The notes: generated from the letters alone by a model not told the origin. 33,081 bases of DNA from Candidatus Moraniibacteriota bacterium (GCA_020428995.1 JAGQLW010000014.1:1-33081), one strand, 5' to 3'. Positions 17,327 through 27,076 are shown, counted from the stretch's first letter. Translations and numbers: made by a program.

Positions 17327-18406
17327 ATGTCAACAGATTTTTACGGCATTCTTGGTGTGTCGAAAGATGCATCTGATATTGAAATTAAAAAAGCATATCG
17401 CAAACTTGCACACAAATATCACCCAGACAAGAAAGATGGGGATGAAAAAAAATTCAAAGAAATCAACGAAGCATACCAGGTGCTTTCAGACAAAGCTAAG
17501 AGACAGCAATATGACCAGTTCGGATCATCTGGTTTTGAACAAGGTGCAACAGGTGGTTTCGGAGGAGCACAATGGGGTGGTTTCGGAGGAGCACAAGGGC
17601 ACGGTGTTGATTTTGATACGGGAGATTTGGGGGACATTTTTTCCAGCATGTTTGGTGGTGCGCGTAAAGGACAGTCACAACGATCTGGCAGAGACATTCA
17701 GGTGGATATTGAGCTGGACTTTATCGAAAGTGTTAAAGAAACAAAACGGGATGTAAAATTATATAAGGCAGTCTCCTGTGCTAAGTGTAGTGGTAGTGGA
17801 GGCGAACCAGGAACAGAAGAAAAAACATGTCCAACTTGCAATGGAATGGGGCAAGTGCGTCAAACAACACAAAGTATTTTTGGTGCAATGCAACATGTAG
17901 CAACATGTCCAGAATGTCGTGGAGCAAAAAAAGTATTCACAAAAAAATGTACGAAGTGTGGTGGTGATGGTCGAACAAAAGAAGATCAAACGGTCACAAT
18001 ATCCATCCCAGCAGGAATTGAAAACGGTCAAACAATTGCCATTCCTGGATACGGAGAGGCGGGTGAGCGTGGTGCTCAATCAGGAGATCTTTTGGCAACA
18101 ATTCATGTACGCCCACACGAACGATTCCAAAGACAAGGCGATAATATTGTTTCACAGCAAGCAATAAGTTTTACTCAAGCGACACTCGGTGACAAAATTA
18201 TAACTGACACAGTAGACGGACCAATAAAAATGAAAATTCCAGCAGGGACACAACCAGGACAAATGTTTCGTATCAACGGCCGGGGAGTGCCACGAATTGA
18301 CGGCCGAGGCAGAGGCGATCATGTGGTAAAAATAACTGTGACTGTACCGCGAAAACTCTCCAGAAAACAACGAGGGTTAATTGAAGAACTGCACACATAT
18401 GAATAG
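17327..18406 (+). CDS. dnaJ: Molecular chaperone DnaJ
   Basis: 359 aa. J domain with DFYGILGV...[14 protein letters not shown], a G/F-rich linker, and four CxxCxG(x)G zinc-finger repeats ([32 protein letters not shown]). Confidence 0.96.
   Translation: MSTDFYGILGVSKDASDIEIKKAYRKLAHKYHPDKKDGDEKKFKEINEAYQVLSDKAKRQQYDQFGSSGFEQGATGGFGGAQWGGFGGAQGHGVDFDTGDLGDIFSSMFGGARKGQSQRSGRDIQVDIELDFIESVKETKRDVKLYKAVSCAKCSGSGGEPGTEEKTCPTCNGMGQVRQTTQSIFGAMQHVATCPECRGAKKVFTKKCTKCGGDGRTKEDQTVTISIPAGIENGQTIAIPGYGEAGERGAQSGDLLATIHVRPHERFQRQGDNIVSQQAISFTQATLGDKIITDTVDGPIKMKIPAGTQPGQMFRINGRGVPRIDGRGRGDHVVKITVTVPRKLSRKQRGLIEELHTYE
17552..17599 (+). repeat. In-frame 24-nt tandem duplication in the DnaJ G/F linker
   Basis: GGTGGTTTCGGAGGAGCACAA occurs at 17552-17572 and again at 17576-17596, identical 21/21. 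It encodes GGFGGAQW and GGFGGAQG. Confidence 0.9.
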
Positions 18407-18449
18407 AAATATGCTACACTACAAAAATAAAAACAATTAAAAAAACGCG

Positions 18450-19037
18450 ATGACAGAAAAAAAGAAAGACAAAATCCTAATCATTGATGATGATGTGGAA
18501 ACACGAGAGATGTATTCTGAGGTATTTACCAGTGCAAATTATGAAGTAATAGAGGCCAGTGATGGTGTAGAAGGATTAGATAATGCAACGAAAGAGTTAC
18601 CAGATATTATTTTCACTGGAATCATAATGCCACGGATGGATGGGTTCACAATGATTGAAGCCTTGAGAAAAAACACGCCGACAGCAAAAATTCCTGTTGT
18701 AATTAATTCACATTTAGCAAGAGAAGAAGATCAACGTCGTGCACAAGATCTCAATGTGGACGACTTTATTGTGCGCGATCTCACACCACCACGAGAAGTG
18801 GTAGAGAGAATTAGTGCAATTCTTACTGGAGGATATTACTATTTAGATTTTGACACTAACACAAAAGAGGCGCAGAGACTAATGTCAGATTTACGAATCA
18901 GTAGTTTTTTTGCCTGTGAAAATGAACAGAAGATGAAATTAAAAATGAAATTAGTAAACACAAAAGAACAAAAATTTGAAGCAGAAATTATTTGTCCGGA
19001 AGAAACAAACGGGCCAACAGACACCTCGATGGAATAA
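18450..19037 (+). CDS. Orphan response regulator: CheY-like receiver plus an uncharacterised C-terminal region of about 70 aa
   Basis: 195 aa. ILIIDDDVETREMY, DIIFTGIIMPRMDGF and KIPVVINSH form the receiver fold. The C-terminus has no HTH or enzymatic motif that I recognise. Confidence 0.85.
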   Translation: MTEKKKDKILIIDDDVETREMYSEVFTSANYEVIEASDGVEGLDNATKELPDIIFTGIIMPRMDGFTMIEALRKNTPTAKIPVVINSHLAREEDQRRAQDLNVDDFIVRDLTPPREVVERISAILTGGYYYLDFDTNTKEAQRLMSDLRISSFFACENEQKMKLKMKLVNTKEQKFEAEIICPEETNGPTDTSME

Positions 19038-19068
19038 TGAAAACAGCACAAAAACAAATAAGACAAAT

Positions 19069-20742
19069 GTGCAAGAGGCCGTTCAAGATATTTTGAAGGA
19101 ACTACTGAAAAAGCGTGGTATTACAACAAAAGAAGAACAAGAGACATTTCTCAACCCAAATTATGAAACGGATCTCCATGACCCATTCTTGTTTCACCAA
19201 ATGCACATCGTTGTGAAACGAGTTATGGATGCACATAAAAAAAACCAAAAAATAATGATTTTTGGAGATTTTGATGTGGATGGTGTGACAGGGGCAACAA
19301 TTCTCAAAGAAGGCTTAGAAAATCTTGGCATCAGTGCTCAGGTATACATTCCTGACAAAAAAACAGAAGGGCATGGATTAAACATGTATGCCATAAACCA
19401 GTTTAAAAAGGAAGGCTTTTCTTTGCTCATAACCGTTGATTGTGGTGTGACAAATCATAATGAGATTGAACAAGCAAACAAAGACAAGATTGATACAATT
19501 GTCATTGATCATCACCATATTCCTCCGACATTACCTCCAGCGCATGCTGTGATTAATGCACAGATGAAAGAGTCTGGCTATCCATTTCGTGGACTGTGTG
19601 GAGCAGGGACAGCATTCAAAGTAATTCAAGCGCTTTATCATGAAATGGCACCAGAACGCATTGCAGAAACAAAGTGGTTGTTAGATCTAGCTGCAACAGG
19701 AACAGTGGCTGATTGTGTGCCGTTAATAGGGGAAAATCGTACAATTGTTCGTTTCGGACTGATTGTGTTAGCCAGAACACGCCGTATGGGTCTCAGAGAA
19801 CTATATGATATTGGTGGAATGAAAATTGACGAATCAAACGTACCAAACACGGAATTGATTAGTTTCCAAATTGCACCACGAATCAATGCGGCTGGTCGAA
19901 TGGCACATGCACAAATGGCACATGATTTATTAATTGAAAAAAATCAAGAGAAAGCTCGTGAAATTGCAGAAAAAATTGACCAACACAACAAAGATCGTAG
20001 AAAAATTTCAGACAAGATATCTCAGGCAGTATTAAAGATTGCAAACAAAGAATTTTTGGACAAAAAAATTGTTGTTGCTGTTAGTGAAGATTTTCCAATT
20101 GGAATTGTTGGTTTGGTGGCAGGACGTGTCGCCTCGCAAACAGCAAAACCGACAGCAGTCTTTACGAAAAAAGAAAAGGAAAGTCAGGGATCATTTCGTT
20201 CTGTACCAGGTGTAAGTATTATTAAGGCACTTCATGAATGTGAGGATCTGTTAGTAAAATTTGGCGGTCACGAACAAGCAGCGGGAGCAACAATTAAGAA
20301 TGAAAACTTTGAAAAATTTGTGCAACGTTTAGACAAAATTATTACAAAAATGATGGGAGAGAAAATTGTTGTACCAGAATTAAAAATCGATGCACAAATT
20401 TCACTAAACCTCATGAACGAAGTATTGGCAAAAGGAATTGAATCAATGGCACCTTTTGGAGAAGGGAACAGGGAACCGATATTATTAATTCAAAACCTTA
20501 TATTAGCGGAGACAAGATCTGTCGGCACAAGTCAAACACATGCCAAAGTAATGCTCGCACAAAAAAATATGGACAAAACAACGACACTTGATGGAATTGG
20601 TTTTAGTCTTGCGCAAAAATGCGAAGAACTCAAAGGAGAAATTGTGGATGTGGTTTGTACAATTAGCGAAAATCATTGGAATGGAAAAGTAACGACACAA
20701 GCAAAAATTATTGACATCAAAAAAAATGGAAAACATGAATAA
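19069..20742 (+). CDS. recJ: Single-stranded-DNA-specific exonuclease RecJ
   Basis: DHH motifs IFGDFDVDGVTG, ITVDCG and VIDHHH, plus the DHHA1 motif GGHEQAAG. The ORF is open from an ATG at 18976 inside the previous gene. An in-frame GTG at 19069 gives the usual LLxxRGI N-terminus. The start is uncertain. Confidence 0.88.
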   Translation: MQEAVQDILKELLKKRGITTKEEQETFLNPNYETDLHDPFLFHQMHIVVKRVMDAHKKNQKIMIFGDFDVDGVTGATILKEGLENLGISAQVYIPDKKTEGHGLNMYAINQFKKEGFSLLITVDCGVTNHNEIEQANKDKIDTIVIDHHHIPPTLPPAHAVINAQMKESGYPFRGLCGAGTAFKVIQALYHEMAPERIAETKWLLDLAATGTVADCVPLIGENRTIVRFGLIVLARTRRMGLRELYDIGGMKIDESNVPNTELISFQIAPRINAAGRMAHAQMAHDLLIEKNQEKAREIAEKIDQHNKDRRKISDKISQAVLKIANKEFLDKKIVVAVSEDFPIGIVGLVAGRVASQTAKPTAVFTKKEKESQGSFRSVPGVSIIKALHECEDLLVKFGGHEQAAGATIKNENFEKFVQRLDKIITKMMGEKIVVPELKIDAQISLNLMNEVLAKGIESMAPFGEGNREPILLIQNLILAETRSVGTSQTHAKVMLAQKNMDKTTTLDGIGFSLAQKCEELKGEIVDVVCTISENHWNGKVTTQAKIIDIKKNGKHE

Positions 20743-21169
20743 TAATGAGATTATAGTTTATACAGATGGAGCATCGCGCGGAAATCCTGGACCATCAGCC
20801 ATCGGTATTTACATCGAAACACTGAAAAAAGAATACGGTGAAATAATCGACAACACAACAAACAATGATGCGGAATATCAAGCAGTAGTATTTGCATTAA
20901 TAGAAATTCGATCACTTACTGGAAAGAAAAAAGCGAAAGAAAAAACAGTAAAATGCTACATGGACAGTCAGTTGGTTGTAGAGCAATTGAACCATCGATA
21001 CAAGATTACACATCCAACAACACAAAAACATTTCTTAACAATCTGGAACCTGACACTTGATTTCAAAAAAGTATTGTTCGCACATATTCCAAGAGAGAAA
21101 AACAAAATCGCAGACAAAATGGCAAACATTGCACTGGATAAAAAAATAAACCAAGCGACACTCCTTTAA
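20711..21169 (+). CDS. rnhA: Ribonuclease HI family protein
   Basis: IIVYTDGASRGNPGPSAIG, NNDAEYQAV and MDSQLVV. The start may instead be the ATG at 20735, which overlaps the recJ stop (CATGAATAA). Confidence 0.88.
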   Translation: MTSKKMENMNNNEIIVYTDGASRGNPGPSAIGIYIETLKKEYGEIIDNTTNNDAEYQAVVFALIEIRSLTGKKKAKEKTVKCYMDSQLVVEQLNHRYKITHPTTQKHFLTIWNLTLDFKKVLFAHIPREKNKIADKMANIALDKKINQATLL

Positions 21170-21416
21170 AACCTGCTTATGGTCTCATGTCAAGATATAA
21201 ATTCCAGAATTTTGAGAAAAAATCATGAAGACTGAAACAGAAGATAACGACATTTTGACAAAGACTGAACAATGTGCCTACCTTGTCATCAGACAGCTAG
21301 CCAATATGCTGGAATTTTAGCCAAAAAAGTATTTTCTCTTACTCCTAAAAAGATCATGAAAAGGTTCTTGAGAAATGGCTCATAAAGAAGATAAAAAAGC
21401 AAACACAAACAGCGCA

Positions 21417-21445
21417 TTGCGACAGGTTGGTGCCCAAGATATAAT
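21417..21445 (+). promoter_or_regulatory. Sigma-70-like promoter candidate for the mreBCD-mrdA operon
   Basis: TTGCGA (21417-21422), 17-nt spacer, TATAAT (21440-21445), about 97 nt upstream of the mreB ATG. Confidence 0.45.
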
Positions 21446-21542
21446 ACCCAATGCGACAAAGAGTGAAAAAACAAAAACCAACATAAAAACAAACGCGCAC
21501 CGATAATTTTGGTACGCTTGTTATGTATTCAAAAAAACATCC

Positions 21543-22628
21543 ATGAAAAAAATAATAACATCATTATACCAAAAAGCCAGCGGATCATTTTTTGGACACT
21601 TGTCAAAAGATATTGGAATCGACCTGGGAACAGCTAATACACTGGTATATGTTAAAGGGCGCGGCATTGTCATTAACGAACCATCAGTAGTTGCCGTTAA
21701 CAAAAGAACAGGGCAAATTTTGGCAATTGGCAAAGAAGCCAAGAAGATGGTTGGAAAAACACCAGGGCACATTGTGGCATCGCGCCCACTTATAGACGGT
21801 GTTGTGAGCGATTTTGAAATTACAGAACAAATGTTGCGGTATTTCATTCGCAAAATCCACAAAGAATCCTTTTCTCTTGTTCCACGTCCACGTGTTTTAA
21901 TTGGGATACCATCAGGTGTGACAGAAGTCGAAAAAAGGGCTGTGATTGATGCGGCAAAAAATGCTGGTGTACGTGAAGCCTATCTTATAGATGAACCAAT
22001 GGCAGCCGCAATTGGCGCGCGATTACCTGTAACAGAAGCTGCAGGGAATATGGTTGTGGACATCGGTGGTGGAACGTCAGAGATTGCCGTCATATCGCTG
22101 GGAGGAGTGGTTGTTGCACGAAGTTTGCGTGTCGCTGGAGATGAAATGAACGAAGATATCATTCGTTACTGTCGAGATGCGTTCAATCTACTAATTGGAG
22201 AGCGTAGTGCGGAAAACATCAAAATCAGTATAGGAAGTGTTAGTCCACAAAAACAAGAAACAACAATGCGTGTGAGAGGACGAGATCTTGTTAGCGGATT
22301 ACCAAAAGAGGTCTTGGTGCACAGTGAAAATGTTCGCGAGGCACTATCTCATTCAGTAAGAATCATTCTCAACAACATCAAAACAATCATTGAAGAAACG
22401 CCACCAGAGCTAATTTCAGATATTATGCAAAAAGGAATTATACTAGCAGGAGGAGGCGGTTTAACACGCGGACTAGACAGATTGATTTCCAACGAAACAG
22501 GGATGCCAGTGCATATGATGGAAGACCCGCTTACGGCAGTAGTAAGAGGGACAGGTATCGTATTGGAAGACCTTGAACGATTGCGAGAAATCCTCATTGA
22601 AAATCAAACAGACCAACCACTACGATAA
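21543..22628 (+). CDS. mreB: Rod shape-determining actin homologue MreB
   Basis: 361 aa. IGIDLGTANTLVYVKGRGIVINEPSVVA, DEPMAAAIGA, VVDIGGGTSEIAVISLGG and ILAGGGGL. Confidence 0.96.
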   Translation: MKKIITSLYQKASGSFFGHLSKDIGIDLGTANTLVYVKGRGIVINEPSVVAVNKRTGQILAIGKEAKKMVGKTPGHIVASRPLIDGVVSDFEITEQMLRYFIRKIHKESFSLVPRPRVLIGIPSGVTEVEKRAVIDAAKNAGVREAYLIDEPMAAAIGARLPVTEAAGNMVVDIGGGTSEIAVISLGGVVVARSLRVAGDEMNEDIIRYCRDAFNLLIGERSAENIKISIGSVSPQKQETTMRVRGRDLVSGLPKEVLVHSENVREALSHSVRIILNNIKTIIEETPPELISDIMQKGIILAGGGGLTRGLDRLISNETGMPVHMMEDPLTAVVRGTGIVLEDLERLREILIENQTDQPLR

Positions 22629-22670
22629 AAAAATATATAACACATAGAGACAAACAAAAAGTGGGTTCTT

Positions 22671-23489
22671 ATGCATCAGAAAAATACACGATCACGCAAA
22701 TTATCAATCACAATAAGCGTCTGCACAATAGCAGTTTTATTGATGTGGTGGAATCCACAAGGGTTATTGTCGCCCGCAAGGAATGTGTTGACAACAATTC
22801 TTCATCCCGTGCAGAAAATATTCTTTGTAAGCACACAAAAGATACAAAGCATAACAAGAGTAATCACCGAAATTGGAAGCATAAAAAAACAAAACAATAC
22901 ACTCAAAGATGAGGTTGCAAAATTAAAAGTAGAAAATGCCCGCTTAGCAACGATTGAAGAAGAGAACAAACATCTCAGGGCAGAAATTGGACTAAAAGAG
23001 AAAGAAGCAATAGAAGCAATGGCTGTAGAAGTTATTGGTGCAGACTCACAAAGTCAAGGTGACTGGATTTTAATTAACAAAGGAAATAATGTTGACATAA
23101 AGGAAGAAGCCATCGTAATGAGTAAGGAAGGGGTGTACTTAGGAAAGGTTGAGGAGGTGTTTCCAACAAGTGCACGTGTGATGCTGGCAACAAACACACA
23201 AAGCACAGTCGGAGCAATAGTAGCAGGAAAAAACATCAAAGGGATTGTTAAGGGAGAATATGGATTAAGCATGAAATTTAGCTTAGTCTTGCAGTCAGAA
23301 CAGCTGGAAAAAGGCGATGTTGTCGTCACGTCAGGAAACAACAATGAAACACCCGAAGGATTACTATTAGGTACAGTACAAGATGTGCACCAATCAGATG
23401 ATGCATTGTTTCTTGGTGCAGATCTCATCTCGCAAGTGGATATTTCTCAATTACGCATTGCGTATGTCATTAGTAAACAGCAGAAATAA
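22671..23489 (+). CDS. mreC: Rod shape-determining protein MreC
   Basis: 272 aa. N-terminal TM, coiled coil LKDEVAKLKVENARLATIEEENKHLRAEIGL, a beta-rich C-terminal domain (VVTSGNNNETPEGLLLGTV), and a position directly after mreB. Confidence 0.85.
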   Translation: MHQKNTRSRKLSITISVCTIAVLLMWWNPQGLLSPARNVLTTILHPVQKIFFVSTQKIQSITRVITEIGSIKKQNNTLKDEVAKLKVENARLATIEEENKHLRAEIGLKEKEAIEAMAVEVIGADSQSQGDWILINKGNNVDIKEEAIVMSKEGVYLGKVEEVFPTSARVMLATNTQSTVGAIVAGKNIKGIVKGEYGLSMKFSLVLQSEQLEKGDVVVTSGNNNETPEGLLLGTVQDVHQSDDALFLGADLISQVDISQLRIAYVISKQQK

Positions 23490-24049
23490 TGCGTAACATC
23501 TTGTCCTTTCTAGCAATAATACTAGTAATATCTGCAGAAACAGCAATAGTGCCGTTAATTCAAAAGGAAAACACTCTTCTGGCAGCACCAAGCCTAATTG
23601 TCTCGTATGCTGTTGCATTAGTAGTCGCACATGGCTTCATGACAACATGGAAAAAAATTATTATTATTGGTTTTGTTGCAGATATTGCACTGTCAACAAT
23701 CATAGGTAGTCACATTATTTTACTAATTGTGTGTGCATACGGAGCAAATGTACTCATGCAGGGATTCGTAGTAAAGCAAAAAATATGGACAATTGTACTA
23801 ATAACAGCAATGTCTCTCTTTCAAACAATCGCGACAACAATAATGTACCAGTTAAACTCAGTCATAAAAAACGATGCAAAAATCATTGAAGTAATAGTAA
23901 AAACAATAGAACAAATGAATGCTGGAGAAATTATTTGGGCGACAATACTGACAACAATAATAACAATGACATTCATCATACTAACAAAAAACATTAACAC
24001 TTTTTTGTTATACTATGAGCAAACAGTCGATGTAAGACGGCATTCATAG
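23489..24049 (+). CDS. mreD: MreD-like polytopic membrane protein
   Basis: 186 aa with about five hydrophobic segments. Its start overlaps the mreC stop (TAATG). It sits between mreC and the PBP2 gene. Assignment is by position and topology only. Confidence 0.6.
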   Translation: MRNILSFLAIILVISAETAIVPLIQKENTLLAAPSLIVSYAVALVVAHGFMTTWKKIIIIGFVADIALSTIIGSHIILLIVCAYGANVLMQGFVVKQKIWTIVLITAMSLFQTIATTIMYQLNSVIKNDAKIIEVIVKTIEQMNAGEIIWATILTTIITMTFIILTKNINTFLLYYEQTVDVRRHS

Positions 24050-24055
24050 AAAATT

Positions 24056-25948
24056 ATGCGGATTAAACAGAGAGATAGCTACGAAATTGATGATGAAATC
24101 CTCACTCTAACAGAAGAGGAGGTTTCACGCATGGAAAAAAGTTTAAGCAAAAACTATTTTAATTTTTTTTGGATTGCTGTTATCTGCGTAACAATAGTTC
24201 TGGTTGGGCGTATTGCATTTCTTACGGTAGCAAAAGGAGAATATTACACACAAATAGCAGAAAGAAATAGCATAAGAGCAGAAACAATTCCTGCACCAAG
24301 AGGAAGAATATACGACAATGAAGGTGTTGCACTTGTGCATAATATACCGAGTACAGATATAATTATTGACAGGAGAAAAGCGCTAAACACAGAAGAAACA
24401 AAAATAGAGGTAGTAGAAAAAGTGGCAAAAATCATAAATGTTCCAGAAAAAGAAAAAATAATACAACAAATACAAAACGGCCTACAGTCCAATATTTTAA
24501 TAAAAGAAAATATTACTCAGGAAGAATCTTTGTTGTTGGCAGAAAAACAGGATGAGATACCAGAAATCACCATGGTGAAGAATGCAACGCGACAATATAC
24601 TGATAGTACAATTTTTTCACATATCATAGGATATGTGGGCAAAGTGTCTGAGGAAGAGATGGGTGACAAAGAAGATGCATACCTTTCAATAGACTATATA
24701 GGAAAATCAGGACTAGAAAAATCATACGATGCAATACTGCGGGGTACACATGGAGCAAAACGATTTGAAGTAACAGCAACAGGACAGACAAATAAAGAAA
24801 TTGAGAAAATTAACCCAATCACAGGGAAAGACATTTTTCTAAACATTGACCACGGACTCCAAAAAAAACTCTTTGACAGAGTTGTTGAAGAAACAGAAAA
24901 GGTCGGCATAAAAACAGCCGCCGCAGTAGCAATCGATCCAAAAAATGGAGCCGTTCGTGCACTGGTAAGTCTTCCAAGCTATGACAACAACCTTTTTTCA
25001 ACAGGAAGAAAAACAGAAAACTATCAAAGACTATTCAATGATGAGATGTATCCATTATTCAATAGGGTGATTGCTGGAGAATACCCACCAGCATCAACAA
25101 TAAAAATGGCAATAGCAGCAGCAGCCTTAGAAGAAAAAATAATTACACCAGAAACAATAATTGAAAGTCGTGGGGGACTACAGGTTGGAGAGTATTTCTT
25201 TGGAGATTGGAAGACGCATGGAAAAACAGATCTGCGACAGGCAATTGCCGTCTCAAGTGATGTTTATTTCTATACTGTTGGAGGTGGATATGGAAACATT
25301 GAAGGTCTTGGAATCTCACGGATAAAAAAATACGAAGAAGAGTTTGGTCTTGGGGCAAAAACAGGAATAGACCTTTCTGGTGAGGCAGAAGGATTCATCC
25401 CGACAAAAGAATGGAAAGAGGAAAAAATCCAAGAACGTTGGTATGTCGGAAACACATACCATGCGTCAATTGGGCAGGGTTACATGAAGACAACACCAAT
25501 ACAAATTGCTAATTATATAGCAGCAATTGCCAATGGTGGAACAGTGTACAAACCACAACTGCTGTCCCACACAAAAGACGCGGAAAGTCTTGTTGAATAT
25601 AATGAACCGGAAATACTGAAAAAAGTATCAGTGAAAAAAGAAACACTAGAAATCCTAAGAGAGGGAATGCGACAAACGGTCACAAACGGAACCGCAACAA
25701 TGCTTAACGCAATCGAACAGCCAATAGCGGGAAAAACGGGAACGGGACAATTTGGCGGACAAGATGAAAAAACACACTCATGGTTTGCTTCATTTGCACC
25801 ATATGACAACCCAGAACTCGTGCTAGTGATTCTGATGGAAGGCCAGCCAGCAAAAGTATCATCAAGCACAGTACCAATTGCAAAGGATGTGTGGGAATGG
25901 TATTTTGATCAAAGAAAAGGCGTTACGACAAATGGTGATGAAATGTAA
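24056..25948 (+). CDS. mrdA: Penicillin-binding protein 2 (elongasome transpeptidase)
   Basis: 630 aa. N-terminal TM, PAPRGRIYDNEG, the SxxK motif ASTIK, SSD in AVSSDVYFY, and KTGTGQ. Confidence 0.92.
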   Translation: MRIKQRDSYEIDDEILTLTEEEVSRMEKSLSKNYFNFFWIAVICVTIVLVGRIAFLTVAKGEYYTQIAERNSIRAETIPAPRGRIYDNEGVALVHNIPSTDIIIDRRKALNTEETKIEVVEKVAKIINVPEKEKIIQQIQNGLQSNILIKENITQEESLLLAEKQDEIPEITMVKNATRQYTDSTIFSHIIGYVGKVSEEEMGDKEDAYLSIDYIGKSGLEKSYDAILRGTHGAKRFEVTATGQTNKEIEKINPITGKDIFLNIDHGLQKKLFDRVVEETEKVGIKTAAAVAIDPKNGAVRALVSLPSYDNNLFSTGRKTENYQRLFNDEMYPLFNRVIAGEYPPASTIKMAIAAAALEEKIITPETIIESRGGLQVGEYFFGDWKTHGKTDLRQAIAVSSDVYFYTVGGGYGNIEGLGISRIKKYEEEFGLGAKTGIDLSGEAEGFIPTKEWKEEKIQERWYVGNTYHASIGQGYMKTTPIQIANYIAAIANGGTVYKPQLLSHTKDAESLVEYNEPEILKKVSVKKETLEILREGMRQTVTNGTATMLNAIEQPIAGKTGTGQFGGQDEKTHSWFASFAPYDNPELVLVILMEGQPAKVSSSTVPIAKDVWEWYFDQRKGVTTNGDEM

Positions 25949-25959
25949 AAAAAGGTCAA

Positions 25960-25987
25960 TTGACACCAAAAAAAACTCCAGTATAAT
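25960..25987 (+). promoter_or_regulatory. Near-consensus sigma-70 promoter upstream of greA
   Basis: TTGACA (25960-25965), 16-nt spacer, TATAAT (25982-25987). Confidence 0.55.
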
Positions 25988-26005
25988 AAGACCAGTATAA
26001 TAAGA
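25978..26005 (+). repeat. Perfect 14-nt tandem duplication CCAGTATAATAAGA x2 that duplicates the -10 box
   Basis: Copies at 25978-25991 and 25992-26005 are identical. This creates a second TATAAT at 25996-26001. Confidence 0.9.
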
Positions 26006-26059
26006 CAAGTCTAAATAAAAAAATAAATATCACATCAAAGCTAAAGATATTGTAAACAT

Positions 26060-26515
26060 ATGGGACGACCAATCACAAAAGCAGGGTATCAAAAATTATT
26101 GGATGAACTTAACGAAAGGACAGTAACAATCCGTCAAGAAATTGCACAAGCAATAAAAGAAGCAAAAGAGCAAGGTGACCTAAGTGAGAATGCTGAATAC
26201 GCAACAGCAAAGCAACGTCAAAGCGAGAATGAAATCCGGATCACAGAACTCGAAATGTTGATCAAAGAAGCAGAGATTGTTGAACATGATGAGAAATCAG
26301 ACTCAGTTCAAATTGGATCAAAAGTAACAGTAAAAAATGGCGAGAGGGAAATCCTGTTTGAGATTGTCAGTCCTAATGAAGTGGATCCTGCAAATTTCAA
26401 AGTATCCAATGAATCCCCAGTAGGGACATCTCTCATGGGCAAAAAAAAGGGTGGTGTGGCAAAAGTGCAAACTCCGAATGGTGTCATTGAATACACAATC
26501 ATTGATATCAAATAA
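26060..26515 (+). CDS. greA: Transcription elongation factor GreA
   Basis: 151 aa. GYQKLLDELNE, EAKEQGDLSENAEYATAKQRQ, and a C-terminal SPVGTSLMGKKKGG. Confidence 0.93.
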   Translation: MGRPITKAGYQKLLDELNERTVTIRQEIAQAIKEAKEQGDLSENAEYATAKQRQSENEIRITELEMLIKEAEIVEHDEKSDSVQIGSKVTVKNGEREILFEIVSPNEVDPANFKVSNESPVGTSLMGKKKGGVAKVQTPNGVIEYTIIDIK

Positions 26516-26538
26516 GTAAGCGGGCAAAAACAAAAGAA

Positions 26539-26573
26539 AAGAGACATGATGATATTATCTTGTCTCTTTCTTC
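26539..26573 (+). terminator. Rho-independent terminator candidate after greA
   Basis: AAGAGACA (26539-26546), 14-nt loop, TGTCTCTT (26561-26568), then TCTTC. The T tract is short. Confidence 0.45.
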
Positions 26574-26623
26574 ATATACAATGTATAGTAAAGACATAAT
26601 AACAATAAGAGTAGAAAAAAAAT

Positions 26624-27031
26624 ATGATAAAAACATTTGCAGTTTTATATATCACAACACTACTTGTCTTCACAATGATTGATGCGGTCTGGCTCAGTGT
26701 TATGACGAAACGATTCTATCAAGTCCACATTGGACATTTAATAACAGCGACACCAAACTGGACAGCTGCGGTCACCTTCTATCTGATTTACATATTTGGA
26801 ATTGTCTTCTTTGTTGTATACCCGGCGTATATGGGAAACACACCGATAACAACCATACTACTACACGGTGCATTACTTGGCATCTTTGCGTATGCAACAT
26901 ATGATTTAACAAACCAAGCAACAATCAAAGATTGGCCAACAATTGTCACGGCAGTAGATTTACTGTGGGGTGCAGCACTAACAGCAGTTGTTTCCGCAAT
27001 AGCAGTAGTCGTAGCCAAAACGATGTCATAA
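26624..27031 (+). CDS. DUF2177 family small membrane protein
   Basis: 135 aa with four hydrophobic segments. IDAVWLSVMTKRFYQ and YATYDLTNQATIKDWP resemble DUF2177 as recalled. Confidence 0.7.
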   Translation: MIKTFAVLYITTLLVFTMIDAVWLSVMTKRFYQVHIGHLITATPNWTAAVTFYLIYIFGIVFFVVYPAYMGNTPITTILLHGALLGIFAYATYDLTNQATIKDWPTIVTAVDLLWGAALTAVVSAIAVVVAKTMS

Positions 27032-27076
27032 AAACCCAAAAGAGATCAATTGAAAAAATGGTGTTAATGGAAACGT

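Noticed and set aside
18976-19068. ATG at 18976 as the recJ start, giving a 62-nt overlap with the response regulator gene
   Set aside because: The extra 31 residues are K/N/T/Q-rich and unlike RecJ N-termini. The in-frame GTG at 19069 fits better. This is not excluded and is left as an uncertainty.
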